From an archaeon (GTDB taxonomy: Archaea; Undinarchaeota; Undinarchaeia; Undinarchaeales; JBDRKL01), in the NCBI GenBank assembly GCA_043814055.1, contig JBDRKL010000012.1, positions 89,170 to 153,169 on the forward strand: a DNA stretch of 64,000 nucleotides. The letters run 5' to 3'. The notes beneath the pieces were generated by a model. It saw nothing but the letters and a program-made list of their open reading frames with translations, was not told the origin of the DNA and did not search any database. Numbering within the stretch: position 1 is the stretch's first letter; the number at the start of each line of letters is the position of its first letter. Shown one piece after another: positions 54,401 through 64,000 of the stretch. The position numbers were made by a program, and so were the translations under genes.

Positions 54401-54444
54401 GATGTCAGCACGGTCGCAGATTTCAAGGTCTGTGCTTGATTTGA

Positions 54445-55740
54445 TCACGGTTTTAATCTCTTCACGTCCCTTGGGAAAAGAACAGCCTCTCTTATGTTGT
54501 CAAGCCCGCAGATGACCATCACTAGGCGGTCAACGCCTATCGCCCAGCCCGCGTGCGGGGGCATTCCGAGACGGAAGAACTTTGTGATTTCCTCAAAGCT
54601 CTTTGGATCCAGGCCTTTTTCCCTAAGCCTCTTCTCGTACATTTCATGGTCATGGATTCGCCTGCCGCCTGATGCCATCTCAATTGAGTCCATTATCAGG
54701 TCAAAGCCGTATGAAAGTTTTGGATCCTTGTCGTGCGGGTGAATGTAATAAGGCTTCTGCTCAAGCGGATATTCATAGACGATTATCGGCTTTTTATAGA
54801 TTTCCGTAAGCTTCTTCTCACCCTCGGGCGGAATGTCCTCGCCGAACTTGACGCCTATTTTTTTCACAGCCTCAGTATAAGAGACGCGCTCAAAAGGCGC
54901 CTTTGGAATCTTTAGGTCAACCCCTAGGAGCTCAAGTTCTTGTGCGCAGTTCTTTTTTACCTGCGTGTAAATGTGCTCTACAACGCCTTCAAGGATTTTC
55001 CATGTGTCCTCCTCGGTTGCAAAACCCATTTCAATATCCATCTGGGTTACTTCAGCAAGGTGCCTTGGAGTGTCGCTCGGCTCTGCGCGGAACACCGGGC
55101 CAATTTCAAAAACTTTCTCAAAGCAGGAAGTCATTAATTCCTTGTAAAGCTGCGGGCTCTGGCGCAGGTAAGCGTTCTCCTCAAAGTATTTCACTGGAAA
55201 GAGCTCGGCGCCGCCCTCTGTCGCTGTTGCGATTATTTTTGGAGTTTCAATTTCCATGAATTTGTTCTGCCTGAAGTATTCGCGGGCTGAAGCAAGAACC
55301 TGGTCACGGATTTTGAATATCGCGACAACTTTTGGCTTTCTCAGGTCCAGGACTCGGTTGTTCAATCGCGTGTCAAACTCTGCAGGAGTTTTTTCAGTTA
55401 TTTCAAGCGGGAGCGGGGTGATTGAAGTGTTGAGGACTTTTAGATCGTTCAGAAGAATTTCAACGCCGCGGTTGGTTTTGTCGCTCTTCTTTGCAGTTCC
55501 CTTGACTGCGATTACGTCCTCGCGGTTGAGATTCTGGACTGCCTCAAGAAATTTGTTGTCCTTCAAAACAGTTACCTGGCAGTCGCCCTCGCGGTCAGCT
55601 AGTATGATGAAGGCGAGGTTGCCGTGGAGGCGGAGCTCGCGAACCCAGCCCATAAGCGTGACTTCCTTGTTGTCAAGCTTAGGGGTTATTTCATTGGTGT
55701 AGTGCGACTTTTTCCAGTCTGATATTGTGTCCATTGCCAT
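54445..55740 (-). CDS. aspS: Aspartyl-tRNA synthetase, archaeal/eukaryotic type
   Basis: N-terminal OB anticodon-binding domain, QSPQ motif, class II motif 2 FRAEPSDTPRHLAEVTQMD, motif 3 GGRRIHD...GMPPHAGWAIGVDRL. Confidence 0.85.
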   Translation of the reverse strand: MAMDTISDWKKSHYTNEITPKLDNKEVTLMGWVRELRLHGNLAFIILADREGDCQVTVLKDNKFLEAVQNLNREDVIAVKGTAKKSDKTNRGVEILLNDLKVLNTSITPLPLEITEKTPAEFDTRLNNRVLDLRKPKVVAIFKIRDQVLASAREYFRQNKFMEIETPKIIATATEGGAELFPVKYFEENAYLRQSPQLYKELMTSCFEKVFEIGPVFRAEPSDTPRHLAEVTQMDIEMGFATEEDTWKILEGVVEHIYTQVKKNCAQELELLGVDLKIPKAPFERVSYTEAVKKIGVKFGEDIPPEGEKKLTEIYKKPIIVYEYPLEQKPYYIHPHDKDPKLSYGFDLIMDSIEMASGGRRIHDHEMYEKRLREKGLDPKSFEEITKFFRLGMPPHAGWAIGVDRLVMVICGLDNIREAVLFPRDVKRLKP

Positions 55741-55788
55741 GTCCCAACTAGAGTAGGTAATGCGCTATTTTAAGGTTATTGTTCCCAG

Positions 55789-56349
55789 CTAAAGCGGAAG
55801 CACTTTCCTGCCGTAAACCTCGTTGAGCACCTGGCCGCACGCCGCGTATATCGCGCTGAAGCCGCAGAAGATGCCCTCGTAGCCAGCGAAGGTTTTTATC
55901 GCTGCGCTTCCGGTGTAGTCGCCCAATGCGAGAAGCCAGAACAGCACAAAGAGCGTGAAGAACACGACCTGAAGCGAGCGGTTCAGCTTGAGCGAGCCGA
56001 TGAACATGTAGAACGTGAAGAGCCCCCACATGAAAAAGTACGCAGCCATTGCCGTGCTACTTGGAGCAGTTGCCCAGCCAAGTGTCGGCATTACAATAAG
56101 CGCGACAAGTGTGAGCCAGAAGAGCCCGTAGGACGTGAACGCTGTGGTCCCGAACGTGTTGCCTTTCTTGAACTCCATTATCCCGGCGATTATCTGGGCG
56201 ATTCCGCCGTAGAAGATGCCTATTGCGAGTATCATTCCTCCAAGAGCAAAAAAGCCGGCGTTATGCAGGTTCAGCAGCACGGTTGTCATGCCGAAACCCA
56301 TCAGCCCAAGAGGCGCTGGGTTTGCAAGTTTATCCATTTTTTTATTCAC
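55789..56349 (-). CDS. GPR1/FUN34/YaaH family acetate/succinate transporter
   Basis: Signature [24 protein letters not shown] and six TM helices. Confidence 0.75.
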   Translation of the reverse strand: MNKKMDKLANPAPLGLMGFGMTTVLLNLHNAGFFALGGMILAIGIFYGGIAQIIAGIMEFKKGNTFGTTAFTSYGLFWLTLVALIVMPTLGWATAPSSTAMAAYFFMWGLFTFYMFIGSLKLNRSLQVVFFTLFVLFWLLALGDYTGSAAIKTFAGYEGIFCGFSAIYAACGQVLNEVYGRKVLPL

Positions 56350-56350
56350 C

Positions 56351-56632
56351 TCATAGGTTGTAGAAGAGTATCCAAATGAATATCCAGAATACTATGTACG
56401 GGTAGGCCCCATTTGAGAGCCACCATTTCCTGTCGTACTTTTTTTCTCCTGAAGCGCTTGTCTCGGGCTTAAGGCTGAACGCCTTCTGGACCGCCTGACC
56501 TGTTGCGAAGAGCACGACTATCATCATGAACAGTATTACGATATTGCTCGTGAGCATATTTGATACATATCCAATTATTATACCCATTACAATGTGTATT
56601 AGCATTGTTTTGAGCTCCATAGTAAGTTTCAT
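56351..56632 (-). CDS. Small membrane protein (93 aa), hypothetical, coupled to neighbours
   Basis: Three hydrophobic segments. Its start overlaps the rnhB stop. Confidence 0.35.
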   Translation of the reverse strand: MKLTMELKTMLIHIVMGIIIGYVSNMLTSNIVILFMMIVVLFATGQAVQKAFSLKPETSASGEKKYDRKWWLSNGAYPYIVFWIFIWILFYNL

Positions 56633-57294
56633 TATTTGAAATCCTCCAAGCTTTTTTGCTTCTTTTTACCGATTGTACCGGTTACTGTCCCCCAGGTTTT
56701 CCGAACTATGTCGGGATAGTTTTCATTCTGTTTGAGCCAATTGCTTAAAAACTTTTGCGTGGTGGGGTCAGCTGGGTATCCTGAGCCGACTGCTCCATAT
56801 TTTGCCTCAAGGCTTTTGACTTCAGAGTCTCGCGTTACTTTTGCAAGGATTGATGCGGCTGAGACTATTGGATAGTTTTCGTCTGCCTTGTGCTCAAGGG
56901 TCAGGGTTGTATCAACGCGAAGGTGCTTGTTCAACCGGGCCCGGAACGTCAAGGGGTTTGAGTCAACACAGTCAAGATACGCGTGGCTTGGCTTGAAGTG
57001 GTTTATGAGCTCTGCCATCTTGGCAGCCTCAAGGTCGTTTAGGTTTGCGGTTCCGCTCATTCGCACTGCATCTATCTCAATTGATTTTACCTTGATGAGC
57101 TTGTGGTCTGCAAGGGTTTCTTTTATTATGCCCTGAAGCTCTTCGCGGCGCTTTGGAGTCAGGAGCTTTGAGTCGCGGACTTTTAGCGCCCTGAGTTTTG
57201 GCAGGTCCTGCTCGTCAATAAGAGCGCCGCATATCACAAGCGGACCCAGCACGGCTCCGCGGCCTGCCTCGTCTATTCCTAAAATCTTAGCCAT
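56632..57294 (-). CDS. rnhB: Ribonuclease HII
   Basis: LGIDEAGRGAVLGPLV catalytic DEDD region. Confidence 0.85.
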   Translation of the reverse strand: MAKILGIDEAGRGAVLGPLVICGALIDEQDLPKLRALKVRDSKLLTPKRREELQGIIKETLADHKLIKVKSIEIDAVRMSGTANLNDLEAAKMAELINHFKPSHAYLDCVDSNPLTFRARLNKHLRVDTTLTLEHKADENYPIVSAASILAKVTRDSEVKSLEAKYGAVGSGYPADPTTQKFLSNWLKQNENYPDIVRKTWGTVTGTIGKKKQKSLEDFK

Positions 57295-57370
57295 TGTTCC
57301 CGCACTGAATTGGCGTTTGTTTTATTAAGGTTTGCTATCGCAAAATTATTTTAAGGGGTGGTGTTTATGA

Positions 57371-58375
57371 GTGGCTATGTACGACGAGGCCGAATCAAAA
57401 AAACTGCAGGACAAAATATTTGACGTGCGCAATGAGAATCCGAAGAGCGGCGCCTGGTGGTGGTGGTTCTGGCTGTTCTTCTGGAAGAACCCTGAGAATC
57501 CAGCGAAGCCGAAGCAGCTGATGATACTCTGGAGCACCAAGCAGGAACGCAGGATTAGGTGCAATTCACTTGATATCAAATTGGACCATTCCCTGGAGAA
57601 GGAGAGCAATTGGAAAGTAATGGACGGGGCAGTGGCAGCGTGGTATTTTGACGGGAAGGAAATGCACCACGATCATTTGTTGGAGCAGTGCAACCTGAAT
57701 CTTGATGATTCTGTGGTTACTAAGGAACCAAAAACGTCGTTTACTGGAAAATTGGATAATTATAATGTCAAGATTGGGAAAGACATGGACTTTAGGGCGC
57801 AGTTGAAGGAGAAGAATGATTTCACAATGCCTGAGTACCACGAGAACGAGTACCTGAAGGGAAAATATAATTACAAGATTTTGAGGATGAATAAGATGAG
57901 CCTGGGCGGGAGAGTTGACGGAAAAGCGATAAGCGGAAGCGCATATTTCCAGAGGGTTTTTGTCAACTCGCCGGCTGTGCCGTGGCATTGGGGCGTGTTC
58001 CATTTCCCAAAGGGCGAAATTCTGACTTATTACAGGCCGCACGTAATGGGAATTCCTGTGAAGAAGGACATCGCGTTCTGGGACGGGAAGGAACTGCACG
58101 AGTTCAGGGATATCAAGGTCAGGGCGGTTGGGGCAGAAACTCCGGTATTTTTTGTCTCTGGCAAGAACGAAACAAAGAAGATTCAGTTTGGCGTGCACAC
58201 CTATTCTCACTCGTCCTGGACGTTCAGGAAGCCGCTGCAGAAGCTTGTTTACAATGAGTATCCTGCACTTTTGAAGGGTTTGGTTTTGGAAGACAAGACA
58301 GGGAAGAACTTGTTAAAGAGAAACGTTGGAGAAGGGGTTGGGAATGCTGAGCACACTACCGGTCTGTTGTTTTAG
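57371..58375 (+). CDS. Hypothetical protein (334 aa) with an extreme tryptophan cluster near the N-terminus
   Basis: SGAWWWWFWLFFWKNPENP carries 6 Trp in 11 residues. No other recognisable motif. Confidence 0.4.
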   Translation: MAMYDEAESKKLQDKIFDVRNENPKSGAWWWWFWLFFWKNPENPAKPKQLMILWSTKQERRIRCNSLDIKLDHSLEKESNWKVMDGAVAAWYFDGKEMHHDHLLEQCNLNLDDSVVTKEPKTSFTGKLDNYNVKIGKDMDFRAQLKEKNDFTMPEYHENEYLKGKYNYKILRMNKMSLGGRVDGKAISGSAYFQRVFVNSPAVPWHWGVFHFPKGEILTYYRPHVMGIPVKKDIAFWDGKELHEFRDIKVRAVGAETPVFFVSGKNETKKIQFGVHTYSHSSWTFRKPLQKLVYNEYPALLKGLVLEDKTGKNLLKRNVGEGVGNAEHTTGLLF

Positions 58376-59052
58376 GATTTGCTCTGCTCGATGAGCTTGT
58401 TCAAAGCTTCGAACGCGTGGGTTGCGTCTTTTTTTCGGACAAGGATTGAGAGCTCTGTTGTGGTTGAAACAATATCTATTATGTTTATGCCGTGAATTGA
58501 GATTTGTCTTGTAACGTGCGAGATTATGCCTGGTATGTCCCACCAGCTTGGGGGGGCCATTATGTGGAGCTCGACAGCATCGCGTTCTTCTACGAGTATT
58601 TTCTTGCCCTGAAGCTTTTTGAGCAGGGTGTCGGCGTGTTTTTCTTCGATTATAATTGAAATTTCTGAAACTCCCTGAATAACGCTCAGGAGCTCGCCCT
58701 TTTTTGTGTCCACTTTTTTTGAGATTTCATTAAGGATTGTGAAGATGTCGTTGGTTTTTTCAACAGAGATGTCAGCGACACCGGATTTTAAATTAACTGT
58801 GCATTCACGGAGGACATCATTTATTTTTTCCTCGAATTTTGAATCTTGTGCGGCTTTTGTGTAGCGTTTTACTGCCATAATAACTGCTTGTGGATTTACC
58901 TCAATGCAGAGTTCATCCTCAAGCTCAGGAAGCAGGTCTCTAGCCAATGCGCTCTGATTGACTAAACCGCGAGCTAGGAAGCTCTCCAGCATTGGCATGG
59001 CTGAGATTTTAGTCTCAACTAAGTGGGAAATTGATTTTTTCACATATATCAC
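58372..59052 (-). CDS. HTH + ACT domain putative regulator (paralog of 17000..17623)
   Basis: GLVNQSALARDL matches GIINYSALAEKI of the paralog. GTG start. Divergent from the lysW operon. Confidence 0.55.
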   Translation of the reverse strand: MIYVKKSISHLVETKISAMPMLESFLARGLVNQSALARDLLPELEDELCIEVNPQAVIMAVKRYTKAAQDSKFEEKINDVLRECTVNLKSGVADISVEKTNDIFTILNEISKKVDTKKGELLSVIQGVSEISIIIEEKHADTLLKKLQGKKILVEERDAVELHIMAPPSWWDIPGIISHVTRQISIHGINIIDIVSTTTELSILVRKKDATHAFEALNKLIEQSKS

Positions 59053-59085
59053 CTTTTTTTAACAGTTCTTAGTTAAACAGTTACA

Positions 59086-59110
59086 TTTTGTACATTACCT
59101 ATATAAAGGT
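59086..59110 (+). promoter_or_regulatory. TTTTGTACATTA box followed directly by the TATA-like CCTATATAAAGG, ~100 nt upstream of lysW
   Basis: The same 12-mer appears in the Lrp gene promoter at 12431-12442. A strong RBS GGAGGTGA lies 7 nt before the lysW ATG. Confidence 0.4.
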
Positions 59111-59210
59111 TTTCATACACTGAAGTAAAGCATGGAACTCCTAGTGATTACTCGGAAGCCTCGCAAGGATTGAGCTAGAGTGGAGTTTCCTCATTTTGGA
59201 GGTGATTAAT

Positions 59211-59375
59211 ATGGTAAATTGTGTAGAATGCAACGCGGCTGTTGAACTGCCATCGGATGCACGGCAGGGAGAGATAGTGGACTGCCCAGAGTGCGGGATA
59301 GAACTTGAGATAGTTAACCCAGGAACTGGAGAAGTAAGAGTAGCTGAAGCTACAGAAGAGGACTGGGGCGAATGA
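59211..59375 (+). CDS. lysW: Amino-group carrier protein LysW/ArgW (54 aa), missing from the ORF track
   Basis: [54 protein letters not shown] has the zinc ribbon CxxC...CxxC and a C-terminal EDWGE. ATGA-coupled to the next gene. Confidence 0.8.
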   Translation: MVNCVECNAAVELPSDARQGEIVDCPECGIELEIVNPGTGEVRVAEATEEDWGE

Positions 59376-60211
59376 GAATAGGTTTCCTTTACTCAAGAAT
59401 AAGAGAAGAAGAGAAGCTTTTGCTTAATGAGCTTGAGCATCGTGGAATAGACGTTGAGATGCTTGATGACCGCGAGCTTGTTTTCAGGCCGGGGCAAGAT
59501 GAATTTGACCTAGATGTTGTACTTGAAAGAAGTGTTTCTCATTCAAGGGCGTTGTATGCGTTAAGAATGTTCAGACAGGCAGGTGTTCCGTGTGTGAATG
59601 AGTATGATACTGCATTGACTTGTGGGGACAAGCTGCTCACAAGCGTTGCACTGCAAGAGAATGATGTGAGAACTCCAAGGATTGAAGTAGCATTTACGCC
59701 TGAAAGTGCACTAAGAGCTATTGAAGAAATGGGTTATCCTGTTGTGATGAAACCGGTTGTTGGCTCTTGGGCTCGGCTTGTTACAAAAATAAACGACAGA
59801 GATGCAGCGGAAGCAATTCTTGAACACAAAGATGTGCTTGGAACCGCGTATTTGCACTCAATTTACTATATTCAGGAGTATGTTGAAAAGCCCGGAAGGG
59901 ATATACGGGCTTTTGTGATTGGAGATAAGGTAATTGGAGCTATTTACAGAAATTCGCCTCATTGGATAACGAACACGAGCAGGGGCGGGACTGCAAGCAA
60001 TTGTCCTGTTACGAATGAGCTTAGAGATGTTGCAGTGAATGCAGCGGAAGCAGTTGGCGGCGGGATAGTTGCGCCAGATTTGATGGAGACCCCAAACGGA
60101 TTGACTGTGCACGAGGTAAACTACACTATGGAATTCAGGAACAGCATAGAGCCAACTGGAGTGGATATTCCTGCAAGGATTGTTGATTATATTGAGGAGG
60201 TGGCAAGATGA
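59372..60211 (+). CDS. lysX: LysX/ArgX, RimK-type ATP-grasp ligase that attaches glutamate or aminoadipate to LysW
   Basis: ATP-grasp fold, 279 aa, immediately downstream of lysW. Confidence 0.8.
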   Translation: MRIGFLYSRIREEEKLLLNELEHRGIDVEMLDDRELVFRPGQDEFDLDVVLERSVSHSRALYALRMFRQAGVPCVNEYDTALTCGDKLLTSVALQENDVRTPRIEVAFTPESALRAIEEMGYPVVMKPVVGSWARLVTKINDRDAAEAILEHKDVLGTAYLHSIYYIQEYVEKPGRDIRAFVIGDKVIGAIYRNSPHWITNTSRGGTASNCPVTNELRDVAVNAAEAVGGGIVAPDLMETPNGLTVHEVNYTMEFRNSIEPTGVDIPARIVDYIEEVAR

Positions 60212-61209
60212 GAGTAAGTATTGTTGGAGGCTCTGGATATACTGGCGGGGAATTGGTTAGGATTCTGCTGAACCACCCAGAGGTTGAGCTTGGGGAGATT
60301 ACATCAAGGAGTTTTGCCGGTCGGAGCCTGTGGAAGGCGCACCCTAATCTGAGGAATGTGCAGCATAGGTTTAGTGAGTACTCTGCAGATAGGGTTGGGG
60401 AATCTGATGTGGTTTTTACTTGCTTGCCGCATACTGCTTCAATGGGGATCGTACCAGAACTTGTTGAGAATACAAGAGTTGTGGATCTTGGGGCTGACTT
60501 CAGGCTCAGGTCTGCTGAGGTGTATAGGGAGTGGTACGGAGTTGAGCACACAGCGCCTGAGCTTTTGGAAAATGCTGTTTATGGGATTCCTGAGCTGCAC
60601 GGGGATGAAATGAGAAATGCGAACTTGGTAGCTGGGGCTGGGTGCGAGGCCACTTCGTCTATTTTGGCGCTTGCTCCGCTGAGAGGGAACCTGCAGAGCG
60701 TGATTGTGGATGCAAAGATTGGCGGCTGCGCTGCTGGAAGAACTGCAAATGCTGGGACGCATTATCCCGAGAGGGCGAATGCAGTGAGGCCTTATGCTCC
60801 TGAGAAGCACAGGCATGCTGCTGAGATAGAGCAGGAGGTTGGCGTGAGCGTGGAGATGACTGCGCATGCAGTTGGAATGGTTCGCGGAATTCTTACGACT
60901 AATCATGTGCTTGGGTATGAGGAGGGAGAGCTGAATGAAACCCTGAAGGCGTACAGGGATTTCTACAATGATTCGCCTTTTGTTAGGGTAACTCCAACCG
61001 CGGTGAACAATCTGCCGAATCCAAAGTATGTGCTTGGCTCAAATTACTGCGACGTTGGGCTTGCGCAGAGCGGGAATCGCTTGGTTGTATTCTCGGCGCT
61101 GGACAACATGATGAAAGGGGCTTCTGGGCAGGCAGTGCAGTGCATGAATATCATGTTCGGTTTTGAAGAAACGCAGGGACTGGAGGCCCTTCCAATCTAT
61201 CCAATATGA
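60208..61209 (+). CDS. argC: N-acetyl-gamma-glutamyl-phosphate reductase homolog (ArgC/LysY)
   Basis: [21 protein letters not shown]-binding region and a catalytic Cys region. Confidence 0.85.
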   Translation: MRVSIVGGSGYTGGELVRILLNHPEVELGEITSRSFAGRSLWKAHPNLRNVQHRFSEYSADRVGESDVVFTCLPHTASMGIVPELVENTRVVDLGADFRLRSAEVYREWYGVEHTAPELLENAVYGIPELHGDEMRNANLVAGAGCEATSSILALAPLRGNLQSVIVDAKIGGCAAGRTANAGTHYPERANAVRPYAPEKHRHAAEIEQEVGVSVEMTAHAVGMVRGILTTNHVLGYEEGELNETLKAYRDFYNDSPFVRVTPTAVNNLPNPKYVLGSNYCDVGLAQSGNRLVVFSALDNMMKGASGQAVQCMNIMFGFEETQGLEALPIYPI

Positions 61210-61970
61210 TGATCGTAGTAAAAGTTGGCGGTAGCGTGCTCAGTAACATAGAACAGATCGCCAGAGATTTGAAAGAAAGAGAGTTTGTCCTAGTGCACGG
61301 AATCGGCCCGCAGATGGATGAGATGCAGCGTGCGATGGGAGTGGAGCCGCAGTGGCACTACTCGCCTAGCGGGATAAAGTTCAGGTACACGGATGCAGAG
61401 GCAATGCGATTGTTCAATATGGTCGCGTCTGGGATGAGCAATGAAGTTGTTGTTGCACTACAGGCGCAGGGTATTGATTCCGTGGGGGTTGTTGCTGCGC
61501 TGAATGCAAGGAGGAAGGAGCGGATTAGGATAGTGGAGAACGGGCGAAAGAGAATGCTTGAAGGGGATTACAGCGGGAAGATTGAAAGCTGTAGTGCTGA
61601 AGTGCTACAGAATCTTATCTCCAGCGGGATTGCGCCTGTTGTACCGCCGATTGCAATAAGTGAGAATCATGAGCTCGTTAATGTGAACGGGGACAGGGCA
61701 GCCGCTGTTATAGCAAGAGACTTGGAAATTGATACAATTGTAAATCTGAGTGATATTCCTGGGGTATTGAGAGGTAGTAGAGTTATTAGGAGAGTTGGCA
61801 GAGATGAACTTGAAGCATTGCGCAGAGAAGTGGATGGAGGAATGACTATGAAGCTTCTCGCAGTTCAAGAAGCGTTTGACTTTGGAGCAAAGAAAGTAAT
61901 AATTGCACCTGGGAATGTTGAGAACCCAGTAGAAAACGCGCTGAAAGGCAGGGGGACGGTGTTTGAATGA
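61206..61970 (+). CDS. argB: Acetylglutamate kinase homolog (ArgB/LysZ)
   Basis: Amino-acid kinase family VVKVGGSVL, 254 aa. Confidence 0.85.
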   Translation: MMIVVKVGGSVLSNIEQIARDLKEREFVLVHGIGPQMDEMQRAMGVEPQWHYSPSGIKFRYTDAEAMRLFNMVASGMSNEVVVALQAQGIDSVGVVAALNARRKERIRIVENGRKRMLEGDYSGKIESCSAEVLQNLISSGIAPVVPPIAISENHELVNVNGDRAAAVIARDLEIDTIVNLSDIPGVLRGSRVIRRVGRDELEALRREVDGGMTMKLLAVQEAFDFGAKKVIIAPGNVENPVENALKGRGTVFE

Positions 61971-63112
61971 GCCTGGCAAAGACATATGGAATGAGAGGAA
62001 TTGAACTTGTTCGTGGCAGCGGAGCTTTGGTTTATGATTTGGAGGGAAACGAATATGTTGACTGCACTGCAGGGGTCGGAGTTGTGCTGCTCGGGCATGC
62101 GCACCCAGAACTAACAAGAGCGATAAGCGAGCAGACACAGAGGCTGGTGACATGCTACGGGATTTTTGACAATGATGTGAGGAATGAATTTGCAAGGAGA
62201 TTTGAAGCGGTTACCCCTGGAAATTTGAATACCTTCTTCTTGTCTAATTCAGGCTCAGAGAGTGTTGAGTGCGCTTTGAAGTTAGTTAGGAGGTATACTG
62301 GGCGAACAGAAGTTGTTGCTATGAGCAGAGCGTTTCATGGGAGGACTCTTGGGGCGTTGAGCGCAATTTGGAAGCCAGCGTACAGAAAAGCGTTTGAGCC
62401 GCTTGTGCCTGGTTTTTCGCATGTGAAGTATGGAGATTCAGAGGGATTGAGGAATGTAGTTAGTGAGAGCACTGCTGCGGTTATAGTTGAGCCAGTACAG
62501 GGCGAGGCTGGGGTTGTGCTACCGCCTGAAGGGTATCTACAAGAAGTGAGGGAAATCTGCAATGAAAGTGGTGCCTTGCTCATATTTGATGAGGTGCAGA
62601 GCTTTGGAAGAACTGGAAATTATTTCGCAGCGCAGACTTTTGGAGTTACTCCAGACATTGCGTGTGTTGCAAAAGGTGTTGCAGGTGGGGTTCCGATGGG
62701 AGTTACTGCAAGCACAGAGGAAATCTTTTCAGCTCTGGGGGTGGGAGAGCACGGCTCCACCTTTGGGGGGAATCCGCTTTCCTGCGCTGCAGGAATTGCG
62801 ACTTTGAATGTTTTGCAGAGTGAGAATTTGATTGAACGCGGGGCTGAGATGGGACAGCGGCTTCTTGCAGGGCTTAGAAAAATTGAAAATGAGAGCATCA
62901 GGGAAGTTCGCGGAATTGGGGCAATGGTCGCGCTTGAGGCAAGGTTTCCGTGCGGGGGCGCATTAAAGAGTTGTATGGAAAATGGTGTTTTGGTGCTTGC
63001 GTCTGGGCGAAATGTTATGAGGTTCCTACCGCCACTTGTGATTAGCGAAGAGCAAGTTGATACGGTGATTGAGGTAGTGAGGTCGAGTTTAAATGCAAAT
63101 AGCACTGCTTGA
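61967..63112 (+). CDS. argD: Acetylornithine / acetyl-lysine aminotransferase (ArgD/LysJ)
   Basis: Class III PLP aminotransferase with the PLP lysine region FDEVQSFGRTG. Confidence 0.85.
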   Translation: MSLAKTYGMRGIELVRGSGALVYDLEGNEYVDCTAGVGVVLLGHAHPELTRAISEQTQRLVTCYGIFDNDVRNEFARRFEAVTPGNLNTFFLSNSGSESVECALKLVRRYTGRTEVVAMSRAFHGRTLGALSAIWKPAYRKAFEPLVPGFSHVKYGDSEGLRNVVSESTAAVIVEPVQGEAGVVLPPEGYLQEVREICNESGALLIFDEVQSFGRTGNYFAAQTFGVTPDIACVAKGVAGGVPMGVTASTEEIFSALGVGEHGSTFGGNPLSCAAGIATLNVLQSENLIERGAEMGQRLLAGLRKIENESIREVRGIGAMVALEARFPCGGALKSCMENGVLVLASGRNVMRFLPPLVISEEQVDTVIEVVRSSLNANSTA

Positions 63113-63719
63113 TTGCCACAAGAATCGAATTTGTGAATCTGAAAAAATAGCGAGAGCTCTGCCGTGTGAGGTTGATATTTTTGAAGTTAGGAAGTTTCAA
63201 TTTCCTAACATGGAAAACTATGATGCACTCGTTATTAGCGGAGCTGATAGATTTAGAGAGGAACATTTGTGGATTAGAAAAACACAAGAGTTTGTGAAAG
63301 GGCTCAGCGTTCCGATTTTGGGAATTTGTTTTGGAAACCATTTGCTAGCGAGCATTTATGGATATAATTTGATTGAAGCAAATGAGCCTGAAGTTGGATG
63401 GTATGAGATTGAAGTTGTGCAAAATCATCCATTATTTAATGGTTTGCCGGAAAGATTTGCGGTTTTTCAGCACCACAAAAGATTCGTTGAGAGTGGACCA
63501 AGAATCCTTGCTAGAAATGAAAATGGAGTTCAGGCAATTGAATATGCAGAAAATGTTTATGGAATACAATTTCACCCAGAGGAAAGCCCAGAAAGCGGTA
63601 TGGAGTATTTGAGAACGGATCCACATTGCGAGAATTTTGAAGCTGCGATTAGGGTAATTCCTAACGAATACATAGAAAGGGGAATTTTTGAGAATTTTAT
63701 TAGCTGTTGTAGGAATTAA
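63093..63719 (+). CDS. Class I glutamine amidotransferase-like protein
   Basis: GATase1 catalytic Cys region ILGICFGNHLL and HH...E later. Overlaps the argD 3' end by 20 nt. Confidence 0.6.
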   Translation: MQIALLDCHKNRICESEKIARALPCEVDIFEVRKFQFPNMENYDALVISGADRFREEHLWIRKTQEFVKGLSVPILGICFGNHLLASIYGYNLIEANEPEVGWYEIEVVQNHPLFNGLPERFAVFQHHKRFVESGPRILARNENGVQAIEYAENVYGIQFHPEESPESGMEYLRTDPHCENFEAAIRVIPNEYIERGIFENFISCCRN

Positions 63720-63765
63720 ACTAACAGAAACCATTAAATAAACCGCAATTGATTGACTATGACAC

Positions 63766-63948
63766 AGCGGGGTAGGGCAGCCTGGAGTGCCCGCGAGGCT
63801 CATAACAACCTTTTTCCGACCTTCGGCCGCAAAAAGCTTGACCAAAAAGAAATCGCTTTGCGATTTCGTGCCACTGCGCGGCAATTAAAAATCTGCGCAG
63901 AGGGTTGAGAGACACCTCGAGGTCGATGGTTCAAGTCCATCCCCCGCT
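63766..63948 (+). tRNA. tRNA-Met or Ile2 (anticodon CAT) with a ~109-nt intron at 37/38
   Basis: Acceptor AGCGGGG/CCCCGCT, D-arm GGGC-AGCCTGGAGT-GCCC, anticodon stem CGAGG with loop CTCATA|A, 3' stem CCTCG (63914-18), T-arm GATGG-TTCAAGT-CCATC. The anticodon stem lacks the GGG/CCC of initiator tRNA. Confidence 0.7.
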
Positions 63949-64000
63949 ACTAATCACAAAAGTGGCTTCACAAAGTGGAGAGCCACCTTGGGAGGTGCGG

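Noticed and set aside
63093-63719. Identifying the gene after argD as lysK/argE (the usual last gene of LysW clusters)
   Set aside because: The sequence has a GATase1 Cys-His pattern, not an M20 peptidase pattern, so it is called a class I glutamine amidotransferase-like protein instead.

Overview
This 64-kb window reads as a compact archaeal chromosome segment with GC near 50%, dense and often overlapping genes, and tRNA genes that encode CCA and carry introns (DPANN-like in style; the lineage cannot be proven from sequence alone). It holds core information-processing genes (partial ahcY, TBP, MCM, an RPA32-like OB-fold protein, aIF2-beta, RpoK, a RIO/Bud32-type kinase, aIF1A, a Dim2-like KH protein, Topo VI B and A, Sec61-beta, ThrRS, AspRS, RNase HII, SMC-ScpA). 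Around them sits a very large arginine-centred gene neighbourhood: dapF-argG-argH-carA-carB, arginyl-tRNA synthetase flanked by four tRNA-Arg isoacceptors, a GNAT, carbamate kinase, ornithine carbamoyltransferase, and a lysW-argX-argC-argB-argD (LysW-carrier) operon. Each of the two amino-acid operons faces a divergently transcribed HTH+ACT regulator gene. I count seven tRNA genes: Pro, Arg-UCU, Arg-UCG, Arg-CCU, Arg-GCG, Gln and Met/Ile-CAU. Several have long introns of about 105-112 nt. tRNA-Arg(UCG) appears to carry three introns, and the Pro and Arg(UCG) genes have introns at a non-canonical T-loop position. The long Arg introns share a conserved nested-hairpin module with compensatory base changes. 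Other notable items are lysine-rich N-terminal extensions on ArgRS and TBP, a dispersed structured repeat of about 70 nt together with duplicated tRNA-Gln 3' ends (att-scar-like), a tandem-fused double Lrp/AsnC regulator, low-GC gene insertions (one splitting the fumarase alpha/beta pair), an HD/YjeF_N fusion, and three small genes the ORF track missed (Sec61-beta, ferredoxin, LysW). I saw no CRISPR array, rRNA, transposase or integrase.
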